Assembly (NCBI GenBank): GCA_963693365.1 | Contig: CAVNZM010000008.1 | Span: forward strand, 4,550,310-4,614,309 | Source of the DNA: Amoebidium appalachense | Taxonomy: Eukaryota; Protista; Ichthyosporea | Direction of reading: 5' to 3' | DNA: 64,000 bases | In this document: positions 45,262 to 56,359 of the stretch, piece after piece | How the letters are laid out: the number at the start of each line of letters is the position of its first letter | Numbering within the stretch: position 1 is the first letter of the stretch | Notes under the pieces: generated by a model | Database searches by the model: none | The model's input: only the letters and a program-made list of their open reading frames with translations | What the model was told of the DNA's origin: nothing | Translations under genes and position numbers: made by a program

Positions 45262-46317
45262 GTTGGGAACCCCATTCTGTCTGTGGGGCAAGGGTGTGTG
45301 ATAAATGGGCAGTAAAAGTACAAAGCATATGAACGATGTGAGGCTACTTGAGAGGAAATCCTTAGAGTGAGGATGAGGAGTTCCTATGTTTTCGAAAGAG
45401 GATGTGCTTTGCTCTGCTGTGGTGGTTGGTGGAAAACGGCCCTTTATTTTCAAACTTGGCTGCCGGGTTGGGCAGCCAACCAGACACGCTGGCATGCAAA
45501 AAGGGCGGGAAAAACGTAATAATGGACCCAAGTCCGGGTGATGCGCCGAGGGCCAATTAAAAGTGTCCCAGATTTATGACGGGATTCAAATCGTCCCAAA
45601 TTCGAGCGGTTTACTAGTACTTTGTAAAAACAATGTCGCCGATTTTCTCTAAAAAAAGTGCGTTCCATTCTGGGTTAGAAACAAAAACCGTTTTGATACG
45701 GGAATCACCTGATCTCCGCCGATTCAGCCCAGCGTGTTCACAGTAGACTCCGAAACCGCTGGTTTTTTTCTTTTTATTTCAAAGCGCCGAGTACGTACAT
45801 CCTCTCGGGCCCAACTTTAGGGCACTATATTTCAATTTTCTCATTATCAAATATATAGTTATTTTAGGCTTTTTCATTAGTATCTCAAGAATATTTAGCG
45901 ATTTTGATGTCATAAAAACAACTAAGCAACGTTTCGATGGTTTTTGATGCCTCACAAAATGGCCTAAGGTCCCCTCCAAATTCCGGATTTGAGGTCCGGC
46001 AAACAACGCATTATATATATAGATGGGGGGTTTACGCTGTTTACTCGAGGCAAAGAGAACCAGTCTCAGGTAGGGGGGGGGGGGGGGGTTTGCTCGGAAT
46101 ATCCCCTCAGCGGTATATCATGATCACGTACATAGATGTCGGGTGGTGACTATATATCAGGGTTTACTTTCTCTACGAGACACCATAAAGACTACAAGGA
46201 GAAATCAATTAGTTGGGGTTCCCCGTTTTTTTTTTTTTTTTTTTTTTTTTTTATTTATTTATTTTTTTTTTTTTTTTTTTTAAAGGGGCTCCCCTCGGGA
46301 CACTCGGTATCAGCTGG

Positions 46318-46398
<81 letters not shown>

Positions 46399-46402
46399 TG
46401 CG

Positions 46403-49147
46403 CTATAATTTTGTAGTGATGTGTTTCTCAAGCCAATCAATACATCTAATAAACAGGTCGTAGTTACGCGTGTTTAGTATAAAATCAAGGATGTTGTAAT
46501 TTACAGGTAGGCTATCTTTCTGGGTGTCTGTTGTGAATGTGACGTGTGTGTGTTGCGGTATTATGTGGTCTATCAAACTACATTTGGCGATACATGACCG
46601 GTTAAACTGGTGTGTGTGTGTGTTGTTTGGGCATGCAAATGATGCCACCTTATACTTATTAGATCTCCACTGTATAGCACGTGTACAGTAAAAGCGTGGT
46701 AATTGATCAATAATACCATCAGCTAGAGAAAGACCAGTTCTACAGGAAGGTAATATGTATTTAGGTGTTATACACTTGCGAGTGCCATATTTGGCAATAT
46801 GGTTGAGGCGGTCAGTATATATAAAACGAGACATAAGGCTTAGTTTTTCAAGGTGTATGCTTTCATCGGGTCTAGTGTCGTGTGGTATCTTTTTCCATTT
46901 GTTATATTGCGTGATTATCTTGTGATTGTGTACATGTTTAATAAGTAAGTGGCAGTCCAAAGTCACACACACACTATTGCGGGGTTTATTTGTATTTGTG
47001 CCCAGGGGAGAAGGGGAGAGAGAGGGGAGGAAAGAGGGGAGAGGTGAGGAGGGGACAGGTCGGATAGAGAAGAGAGGGTGGGAGGGCAAATACTTCTTTA
47101 AGCGGCTTATGTGCTTATTGAATTTCAGCGCGAGATAGGATACTCTAGCAGCTATTGGGACCAGACCATATATCGAGAGCGTTACAGGCCCAGGTTTACA
47201 ACAGTTGTTAGATAGAAAGGAGGCAACTTCTGCTTCAAGGAAATTTGCCAAGGGTTTAAGCGCTCTAGTTCTCTCTTTCTTGATCCAAGCGGCGAGAAGG
47301 GGTAAACCATATTCACATGCCGGGAAGAGAAAAGTGCGAATAAATGTAAGTCTAATAGAAGGATGGAGGGGTGTGTCTTTAAAAATATTAGCCGAGAAGA
47401 AAGCTAACCGCTTACGAGCCAACTCTACCCTCTTTTCGACCATATGGGGAAACATAACACCAACAGAATCAACCGGAACACCAAGATATTTGTATTCTGG
47501 AACTATAGGTACAGGTTTAGATGATAATGTAAATGTGTGTAAATTGTTAGCTATATCAGGTACAAGAACACCACATTTGTCTATGTTAAGGATCATAAGG
47601 TTTGCCTTGCACCACTCTGACACTACATCGAACAATCTTTGCAGGCGTCTAGGGGTACGGGCAAGGAGGGACAGATCATCAGCATAGAGAAGTGCAGGCG
47701 GAAAGTTATTAATAGGGTCATCGTTTTCGGCGTAAATCTTGACAGCCAAATCATCTATAAATAGGTTAAACAAAAAGGGGCTAAGCAATGAACCCTGCAA
47801 GAGACCTCTAGTACGAGCAAAACCATATGAAAGATGCCCATTAACCACAGCTCTACCATAGGTTTGAGACAAGAGTGCTTCTAACAGAACACCAATGCAG
47901 TGTGGTACACCCCGTGCAGCAAGCTTTTCCCATAGGAGACCAGGGGAGACAGAATCGTAAGCAGTTTTCCAATCAATAAAGCCAACATATTGTGCACCAA
48001 CTTGCATAGAATCGTGCAGTGCCATTATTTGAACATAACATGAATTGTTTTTACGAAAAGCGGATTGGCATGGGTGTATGTGAAGAATAGATTGAAACCT
48101 AGGGTGATGTGCAAATAACCTAAGTAAGCAAGCTTCAAAGAATCTACGAACAACCTGGGTTAGTGTAATGGGGCGAAAGGATGATATGGGGCCCTCAGAG
48201 TCCTTCTTAACTATGGGGATCACTAAGGTATCTAACCAAGATGACGGGACATGTCCACATTTAACACACCAAGAAAAGAGAGAGCTTAACATGATAGTAA
48301 GATCAGGTTTAATAGCACGATCACTTTCCTTTTGTGGGTAGGAGGGAACAAGGATTTTAAGAAACCCAGCAGGGAGTCCATCAGGTCCACAAGACTTACT
48401 AGAGCTATAACTAGATATCACAGACCATATGGCATCGGGACTGAAAAAGGGGAGGATCGATTCTATGGGGATAGATGGGTCTACAGGCCACACAATAGGT
48501 TTCTGAGCGGGGGTCCTATCTTTAAACAGTTCCGAGAAATACTTATCAGAGTCTATGAGGGGGTCTCCAGTGGTATCACCAATAATACGAGCAGGGGGGC
48601 CAAATCGATTCATACTAGCAAGCCGGCGCAAGCTTTCCTTTTGAGACAGGGGTTCACCTAGTCTAGCGGGAGTGGTGTTTGGTAACAAGAGAGCATCGGG
48701 ATATTCCTTCCTACCACCGCCAGCATAATCACCGAGATCTATCAAATCATCAACAATAAAGTTAGTGCATGTATCTAGTACGAGATGTGAATCTGGCCTG
48801 GCTTGTGCAGATTCTAATAGGCGCATATATATAGGGTGTTTCGTAGCATAGCATACACATACATCAACTCTACCCCACTGTGACTTAAGCTGGGATAGAC
48901 GGAGGCGAAAGGTGGGAGGGGGAGGGGGGAGCAGATCAAGGGAGATCTTAGGTAGGAAAAGGATAGGAGAGTGGTCAGATGACCTAGAGAGGTTAGGAGG
49001 GAGAGAGAGTTTTGACATGGTTGATGGCCAAAAGGCCACTCCCCAGTCGGTGTTGTGGGCATGGGATATTTGAGGGAACCGCAAAGTGTGACTTTGGACA
49101 TACCTTGCTAAAGGGATAGCACGCTCCGGGGGCTTAAAATTCATCAC
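46403..49147 (-). CDS. LINE ORF2-like protein: end of AP endonuclease, RT, Cys-rich C-terminus (5'-truncated)
   Basis: SSDHSPI; KSCGPDG; FRPITLTQ; QSAFR; IDWKTAYDSV; GLLQGSLLSPFLFNL; YADD; YKYLG. Confidence 0.92.
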   Translation of the reverse strand: MMNFKPPERAIPLARYVQSHTLRFPQISHAHNTDWGVAFWPSTMSKLSLPPNLSRSSDHSPILFLPKISLDLLPPPPPTFRLRLSQLKSQWGRVDVCVCYATKHPIYMRLLESAQARPDSHLVLDTCTNFIVDDLIDLGDYAGGGRKEYPDALLLPNTTPARLGEPLSQKESLRRLASMNRFGPPARIIGDTTGDPLIDSDKYFSELFKDRTPAQKPIVWPVDPSIPIESILPFFSPDAIWSVISSYSSSKSCGPDGLPAGFLKILVPSYPQKESDRAIKPDLTIMLSSLFSWCVKCGHVPSSWLDTLVIPIVKKDSEGPISSFRPITLTQVVRRFFEACLLRLFAHHPRFQSILHIHPCQSAFRKNNSCYVQIMALHDSMQVGAQYVGFIDWKTAYDSVSPGLLWEKLAARGVPHCIGVLLEALLSQTYGRAVVNGHLSYGFARTRGLLQGSLLSPFLFNLFIDDLAVKIYAENDDPINNFPPALLYADDLSLLARTPRRLQRLFDVVSEWCKANLMILNIDKCGVLVPDIANNLHTFTLSSKPVPIVPEYKYLGVPVDSVGVMFPHMVEKRVELARKRLAFFSANIFKDTPLHPSIRLTFIRTFLFPACEYGLPLLAAWIKKERTRALKPLANFLEAEVASFLSNNCCKPGPVTLSIYGLVPIAARVSYLALKFNKHISRLKKYLPSHPLFSIRPVPSSPLPSFLPSLSPSPLGTNTNKPRNSVCVTLDCHLLIKHVHNHKIITQYNKWKKIPHDTRPDESIHLEKLSLMSRFIYTDRLNHIAKYGTRKCITPKYILPSCRTGLSLADGIIDQLPRFYCTRAIQWRSNKYKVASFACPNNTHTHQFNRSCIAKCSLIDHIIPQHTHVTFTTDTQKDSLPVNYNILDFILNTRNYDLFIRCIDWLEKHITTKL

Positions 49148-49218
49148 CCGACATCTATGTACGTCATCATGATATACCGCTGAGGGGATATTCCGAGCAA
49201 AAACCCCCCATACCTGAG

Positions 49219-49414
49219 ACCGATGCTAGCAGGCCTCTGCTTACCCATAATATGTAATAGGGGTGTCATACACTACGATGGCGCTCATTGTTGCCTAGCA
49301 TGTACATGTGTCACTGGCTGCATTTGATTGGCTGTGCTGGAAAACGCAGTAGGCCGTCGAATGTGGCTGGGCCCGGCTCCGGCAGTGTCCACGCAATATT
49401 AAGTGTGTAAACCC
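49219..49414 (+). mobile_element. 3' UTR fragment of LINE family F2 inserted in the F1 terminal segment
   Basis: Near-identical to about 1515-1701; ends GTGTAAACCC; interrupts GAGAC|..GGT.CTCTTTGCC. Confidence 0.88.
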
Positions 49415-49450
49415 GGTCTCTCTTTGCCTCGAGTAAACAGCGTAAACCCC

Positions 49451-51136
49451 TTATTGATATGCTCATGAAAGAAGCAAGCCGGAGATATCACAGATATCTC
49501 AGAGAAGAAAATACAAAAAACCCCTACTCACGGATACGGAGGAGATAACGACTCAAATAATCATATTGTGTTATGTTCCTCTTAGCTATAGGCAACACGT
49601 CGTACTGATCATTATCGCTTTTTGGGAGCTTTGGCAGGATACATTTCTCCTGCTGTACACATGGATACCACCCTAGTAGATCAGTCTGTATGGTGCTCTG
49701 ATATGTTGATATTGCCTGGGAAGTTGTGCAGTGGCGCTGTACATTCTTGTTTTCATCGCCGCGCTGGTGCCACTTTTGTGCTGAACCTTTTTAATCTCAA
49801 GCATGTTGATAGGTGTGAGTTTTTATGTCGCGTTTTACCTCTTTCCATACGGGTGTCTGCTACACTAGCTGGCAATGTGAACACTTTAGACTTTTTGTTG
49901 AATTCTGTTGGTCGTCACATTGAGTATTTATATGATTTTCACACAGTGTTCAGGTATCTCAGTATGCACTTGTTACTGGATAACTCGTGAAGTTTTTATT
50001 GTCTTCTCAGTATGCCGTGCATACTTGCATATCTTTCCGTCGAATAAATCCAGTCAAAAGAAGAAAAAAATTTCTATGTAACGGAAGAATCTGAGATAAA
50101 TAAATACATTTATCTGGATGTTTGCGAGAAAAAGGTTCCGCACAAAAGTGACACAAACATTTATGGAAACTAAGGTCACAACGCCAAAAAAAACATTTCC
50201 AAGCAATATCACACGAAGTGGTTAGAATGGCAAAATCGGCAAGTAGGGTAGGTTTACGAGAGGAAGGATGAATATAAGTAGCTAATTTACATAACGATTG
50301 TAGAGAAAATAGACAAGTCTCTAATATAAAAAGAAGCACAGGCTCAAGAGTCCTACCATGATACTCTTTATCACAACGATGAAGCAAAGGATAGTGAGTA
50401 TGAAACCAAGTAACATACTGTTGATAAATAGGGGAAGAGAAAAATAAAGGAGACAAATATTTAAAAGGATATCTCTGAATGGGAGATAGATTGGGTACAG
50501 GACATTTCGCACGAACATAAGAAATGGAACAGGGTCTAAAGAAGGAAAGAATTGCAACAAAGGATGATAAGACTGAGGAAGCTAACCAAATGAAAACAAA
50601 AGCGAAGGCCTAAACTCATTCATACGCTGACTCGCCGGAGGGAGACCAAAAACACTCAGAAAAGGATCCGCCAGAGGATGCCTACGCAAGGTCCGAGAGA
50701 TGAACTGGATGAATTCACGCTGAAAAGAATCGAATTCCCGAAGCGCCGCGCGCTGTTGCCGTGGAGGGGCACACAAGAGTAACGGGAGGCCATATTCGAA
50801 ACATGGACGAAGAAAAACCTTATAAAGAATGAGCAGATTAGCATGCGAAAATGCCTTGATCTCATCAATAGATCTAGATGTGTACGACCACGCGCACGGG
50901 AAATGTGCAAAGTCACAAGAGTAACGGGAGGCCATATTCGAAATATGGACGAAGAAAAATTTTATAAAGAGTTAGCAGGTTAGCAGGATGGACATTAGAA
51001 ATACTTGCGAAAATGCCTTGATAGATGTGTAAACGACCACCGAAACATGGACGAAGAAAAACTATATAAAGAGTGAGCAGATTAGCAGGATGGACATTTT
51101 GTAGAAATACTTGCGAAAATGCCTTGATCTCATCAA
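49451..51136 (-). mobile_element. Degenerate 3' part of LINE family F3, with internal tandem copies, interrupted by F4
   Basis: LYKVFLRPCFEYGLPLL; LATYIHPSSRKPTLLAD..FWRC..CHFCAEPFSRKHPDKC; final QYDYLSRYLLRIRE* near 49525-49569. All parallel F1 motifs. Confidence 0.75.
49571..50030 (+). mobile_element. Degenerate 3' fragment of a fourth related LINE family, F4
   Basis: ORF 49622-49990: LAGYISPAVHMDTTLVD..FNLKHVDRC..NTLDFLLN. Boundaries approximate. Confidence 0.6.
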
Positions 51137-51340
51137 GGGGGTTTACGCTGTTTACTCGAGGCAAAGAGAACCAGTTTCAGGTATGGGGGGGGGGGGGGGG
51201 GGGGTTTGCTCGGAATATCCCCTCAGCGGTATATCATGATCACGTACATAGATGTCGGGTGGTGACTATATATCAGGGTTTACTTTCTCTACGAGACACC
51301 ATAAAGACTACAAGGAGAAATCGATTAGTTGGGGTTCCCC

Positions 51341-51382
<42 letters not shown>

Positions 51383-51414
51383 GGGCTCCCCTTGGGACAC
51401 TCGGTATCAGCTGG

Positions 51415-51467
<53 letters not shown>

Positions 51468-52140
51468 GTGTGTGTGTGTGCGCGTGCGCTATAATTTTGT
51501 AGTGATGTGTTTCTCAAGCCAATCAATACATCTAATAAACAGGTCGTAGTTACGCGTGTTTAGTATAAAATCAAGGATGTTGTAATTTACAGGTAGGCTA
51601 TCTTTCTGGGTGTCTGTTGTGAATGTGACGTGTGTGTGTTGCGGTATTATGTGGTCTATCAAACTACATTTGGCGATACATGACCGGTTAAACTGGTGTG
51701 TGTGTGTGTTGTTTGGGCATGCAAATGATGCCACCTTATACTTATTAGATCTCCACTGTATAGCACGTGTACAGTAAAAGCGTGGTAATTGATCAATAAT
51801 ACCATCAGCTAGAGAAAGACCAGTTCTACAGGAAGGTAATATGTATTTGGTGTTATACACTTGCGAGTGCCATATTTGGCAATATGGTTGAGGCGGTCAG
51901 TATATATAAAACGAGACATAAGGCTTAGTTTTTCAAGGTGTATGCTTTCATCGGGTCTAGTGTCGTGTGGTATCTTTTTCCATTTGTTATATTGCGTGAT
52001 TATCTTGTGATTGTGTACATGTTTAATAAGTAAGTGGCAGTCCAAAGTCACACACACACTATTGCGGGGTTTATTTGTATTTGTGCCCAGGGGAGAAGGG
52101 GAGAGAGAGGGGAGGAAAGAGGGGAGAGGTGAGGAGGGGA
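51137..52140 (-). mobile_element. 1-kb 3' fragment of LINE F1
   Basis: Near-identical to 46025-47055; ends CGTAAACCCCC. Confidence 0.92.
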
Positions 52141-52397
52141 TAGATCTGAAAACGACCACGCGCACGCGCACGGGAAATGCGCGAAGTCACAAGAGTAACG
52201 GGAGGCCATATTCGAAACATGGACGAAGAAAAACTTTATAAAGAGTGAGCAGATTAGCAGGATGGACATTAGAAATACTTGCGAAAATGCCTTGATGGAT
52301 GTGTAAACGACCACCGAAACATGGACGAAGAAAAACTATATAAAGAGTGAGCAGATTAGCAGGATGGACATTAGAAATACTTGCGAAAATGCCTCGA
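52140..52397 (-). repeat. Second copy of the F3 tandem segment (similar to 50869-51127)
   Basis: Shares CACAAGAGTAACGGGAGGCCATATTCG...GCGAAAATGCC blocks with several mismatches. Confidence 0.85.
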
Positions 52398-52708
52398 TTA
52401 CATTGAGGAATTCCGGAGGTTTTAGGGGATCCATCGGAATGCCCATCGCGTGCCATGGCCCGAGTCTCGAGACCTGCATCACTATGCAAAACTTCGCCGA
52501 GGCTCAAAAGTGATATAAAAGCCACTTTATACTGCAATTAAGGAGTTGCATTAAAAAAAGTATTTTCTTGATTTGTTAAAAAGTTGACAATGGCCGTGCT
52601 CTCCTGCGGCATTTGCATTAGCATCATTTATTTGGGATGATGAGCTGAAATGAAACCAAGCATCAAGCTGCGCTGGCGCACTCACGAATAATCCGGTTGC
52701 TGATTGGC

Positions 52709-52923
52709 TCATGTATCGCCAAATGTAGTTTGATAGACCACATAATACCGCAACACACACACGTCACATTCACAACAGACACCCAGAAAGATAGCCTACC
52801 TGTAAATTACAACATCCTTGATTTTATACTAAACACGCGTAACTACGACCTGTTTATTAGATGTATTGATTGGCTTGAGAAACACATCACTACAAAATTA
52901 TAGCGCACGCGCACACACACACA

Positions 52924-52982
<59 letters not shown>

Positions 52983-53249
52983 CCAGCTGATACCGAGTGT
53001 CCCGAGGGGAGCCCCTTTAAAAAAAAAACAAAAAAAAAAAAACAAAAAAAAAACGGGGAACCCCAACTAATTGATTTCTCCTTGTAGTCTTTATGGTGTC
53101 TCGTAGAGAAAGTAAACCCTGATATATAGTCACCACCCGACATCTATGTACGTGATCATGATATACCGCTGAGGGGATATTCCGAGCAAACCCCCCCCCC
53201 CATACCTGAGACTGGTTCTCTTTGCCTCGAGTAAACAGCGTAAACCCCC
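52709..53249 (+). mobile_element. 540-bp 3' fragment of LINE F1, head-to-head with the 51137-52140 copy
   Basis: Same C-terminal coding end, (CA)n, A-tract and terminal CGTAAACCCCC. Confidence 0.92.
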
Positions 53250-54244
53250 AAACGGTATCACCGACTTCTGGGCCTGTAGGGCACCCGGCAGCCAGTGAGT
53301 CAGTGACTGGGTTCAAGACGCGGCTTAGACGCCCAACAGTTTCAACATTTTGATATCTGTTGATTTAAGAAAGTCGAATTATAATGTACAGTTTTGATTA
53401 GTTTCAAATACACTGCTTTTGTTGGGAGGTTTTCAAAAAGCACGCCTATAATGTTGCTGCATATAATGCCGCAACATCGATTTTGTCGGGGCGACGCCCG
53501 AGGTCCCCATTGCATCGGAATGCATCTCGAACTTCGGCCTCGTCTGATTGGGTAAGCCTCTTTATCCCAGAAATCATCTCATTTCGTTAAGAGGTGCACT
53601 GTCAAAAGCATTCGAAAATGAAATATTTACAGTGAATTTGTTGTGGCTGGACATAATGGCGCTCTATTTTTTAGTTATTTGCTGCCAATAAGTATAAGCG
53701 GAATTTAAATAGACACTGTGACAGATCGTGATCACTTGTTGTGGGTTGAAGTTCCGCCTTTCGGACTCGGTATTACACCAATATCCAATCACAATTCGCG
53801 ACATAAAGCCCATCTGCCCATATTTGGAATTATATCACCAATCAAAATTGAGACTCGCACAATCGACAGATGATACAGATTATCTGAACCATCTGACGGT
53901 ACTTGCATGTGTCAGTCTTAGTCGTGTGTGGGTTTGGTCACAACGTTTGAACTCAATACTATTAACATTCACTTTCCATGATAGCCCCACCAACTATAGC
54001 ACGGCAGTAGAGAGATGCAAGAAGATTAGGTCATACCGAAACCTAAGTAGCGCCTTTTCAAAACCACACCACCACCACACAACCTGCACTTTCCAAATCC
54101 ATTTGCACTGTCAGCTCGGTACACCATCCACCTTTTCCATCAATAGCATTTCACTTATTTTATTTATATTATATCAAAACACACCTACGTATAGCACGGC
54201 TAGCAACAGTAGTGTCGGCCCTTTGTCGGCCTTAGTTTTTCACC

Positions 54245-56270
54245 ATGAGTGCCACATATCTCTTCGGAAGCACAGACATGGAGCGGTACGGTAGCGAGCG
54301 GCTATACAACCGCAGCTCAGCCCTCTCTGACCAAGATGACATTAGCTTGGACCAAGGCCTATCCCGTCGCAGTTCAATTTCCTCCGCACGTACGCAGATG
54401 CGTCGGCAACACTCGGAAACATCCGTCGGGAAAACCGCAGACAAATCCCCAAACTCAATTTTGCAGGAGCGTGTTGCCTCGTTCAAGCGTCTCTTGTCGA
54501 AGGAGAGCACAACCACAACCTCTAGTGAGCAGGGGGCGCCCCTTCTTTCGTCTTCACGCACACACAGTGTTGCAGACACACGTGACGAGGAGGTAGATTC
54601 TTTCAACACAGCAAAATCAACCTCGAGTAGCCCCATGTTCTCCGCACGGTCGACGAGTTCGAAGGGGCGGTCCCGCAGTTTGTGGTCGATTCATTCTCCT
54701 CCCAGCAGCCACAGTGAGGAGATGGTACTAGCACTAACCTCATCCCCCCCCCCCCCCCCTCTGGCCCCCCCTCCCCTACCCTCTTCCCTTCTCCGCCCTC
54801 CCCACCTCCCCCTCCCCCTCCCCCTCCCCCCCCCCCCCCCTCCCCCCCCCTATCCTTCTCGTTCCGTGGCTCCTTGCACCACATGTACATGATCAAACAC
54901 ACACACTCTACTTTCTCTTCCGGGCATGTCATGATAATGCTATAGTGGTGTCCGACACAAACACACCCATGCCTCACAAATACATCACAAAAAAGAAAAC
55001 ACACATGCCTAGTCATATGCGCACGAGTACACACACACAGTCACCTATAGAAGTATGGATCTGGGCACGGACATGTACAGTGCAAAAGGCACGCGCAAAT
55101 CACAATGCACGGTGTGGTACATGGCAGACCTATTACATGCACACTGCCGGTTAGGTCAAACCGTGAACTCATGCTTGCCTGCTTGAAAATTAAACACATG
55201 CAGTCATCCGACCCATAACCGACGTGCATACAAGTATCTACCACCAATATAGGAGTTGTACACGCAGCACCAAATGTGCACTCAAACACAAATATACAAG
55301 GAAGGTGCAAGGCATCGTGTGAACCCTCCCCCCTCCCCCCCCCCCCCCCCCCCCCCCCCCTTAATTAACACCGTAGATGCCACAGGCGCAGACCAACTAA
55401 TCTATTTTTCTCTGCAGAAAATGAACGGAGCAGCACTGTCGACCTCATCAATTGCCAGCATCGGCCGATCCGACGAGAGTGGGGTGGACGAAACCTCCTC
55501 CCCGCAGAGCGTGCGAGACCGCGCCAGGTCCTTCACCGACATGATTCAACATCAGAAGGAGCCCGAGCCTCAGTTAAAGAAACTCGAGCGAAAGCACACG
55601 TTTGAGTTCCAGTCCCAAGGGTTCACGTTTGAGCGGTTCATTGCCACATTCTTCCTAATTAATACTGAGAAGAAGCTGGGTAACGACGTGTACGTGCACG
55701 GGTCCTTTAACGTCAACCCGGAAACCGGCGAATGGGGCCCGCCCGAACGGATGATTCCCGCGTCGCAGTTTCCCGAGGGCTGGTTTTGCGCAAAGGCCAG
55801 GTGCGAACAGGATTTCGAATTTTTCATCGCAAATGCACCCGATCTGAAGGAACGGCCTGATGCAATTGTGATCCGTGATCCAGCCACCGGTTCGAACTTT
55901 AAGGTTACCGACCGAACACGTGTAGTTACCATTCCGAGGTTTGTGCCTCCCCTCTCCCCCCTCTCCCCCTCCCCCCCGGCCCCTCCCTCTCCTCTCCCCT
56001 CCCTCCCACCTCCCCCTGGTTCCATTGGGTTCTCTCTTCAACCCCGGCTCCGAATCCCCCCCCCCCCCTCCCCCTCCCCCTCCCCTCCCCCTCCCCCTGC
56101 ATCGCCCCCTCCCTCCCCCCTCTCCCCCCCCCCTACTCCCTATTCCGAACCAGAAAAGGCACCTAAACACACACTCTCTCTGTAGAAGACGGTGTGGCTA
56201 TGTCAATGAAATAGACAGGGTTCTGAATGGAAAATACATTAGGCTAACGCTTTAACCCCCCCCCCCCCCC

Positions 56271-56359
<89 letters not shown>

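Larger units (their letters stand above)
32711..45616 (-). mobile_element. Fot1/pogo-like (Tc1-mariner superfamily) DNA transposon interrupted by copia-B
   Basis: TAGTAAACCGCTCGAATTTGGGAC (32711-32734) has a perfect inverse at 45593-45616; the outer TA may be the TSD. Internal TGGGACAC repeats lie near both ends. Confidence 0.9.
46025..49450 (-). mobile_element. Non-LTR retrotransposon family F1, 5'-truncated, with an inverted copy of its own 3' terminus at the 5' end
   Basis: RT ORF, then (CA)n, A-tract and about 200 further bp ending CGTAAACCCCCC at 46025. Segment 49141-49450 is the inverse of about 46025-46149 with an F2 fragment inserted. Confidence 0.9.

Noticed and set aside
46025-49450. 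Penelope-like element or TIR DNA transposon
   Set aside because: The RT motifs and the SDH AP-endonuclease end are LINE-type; no GIY-YIG or transposase is present.
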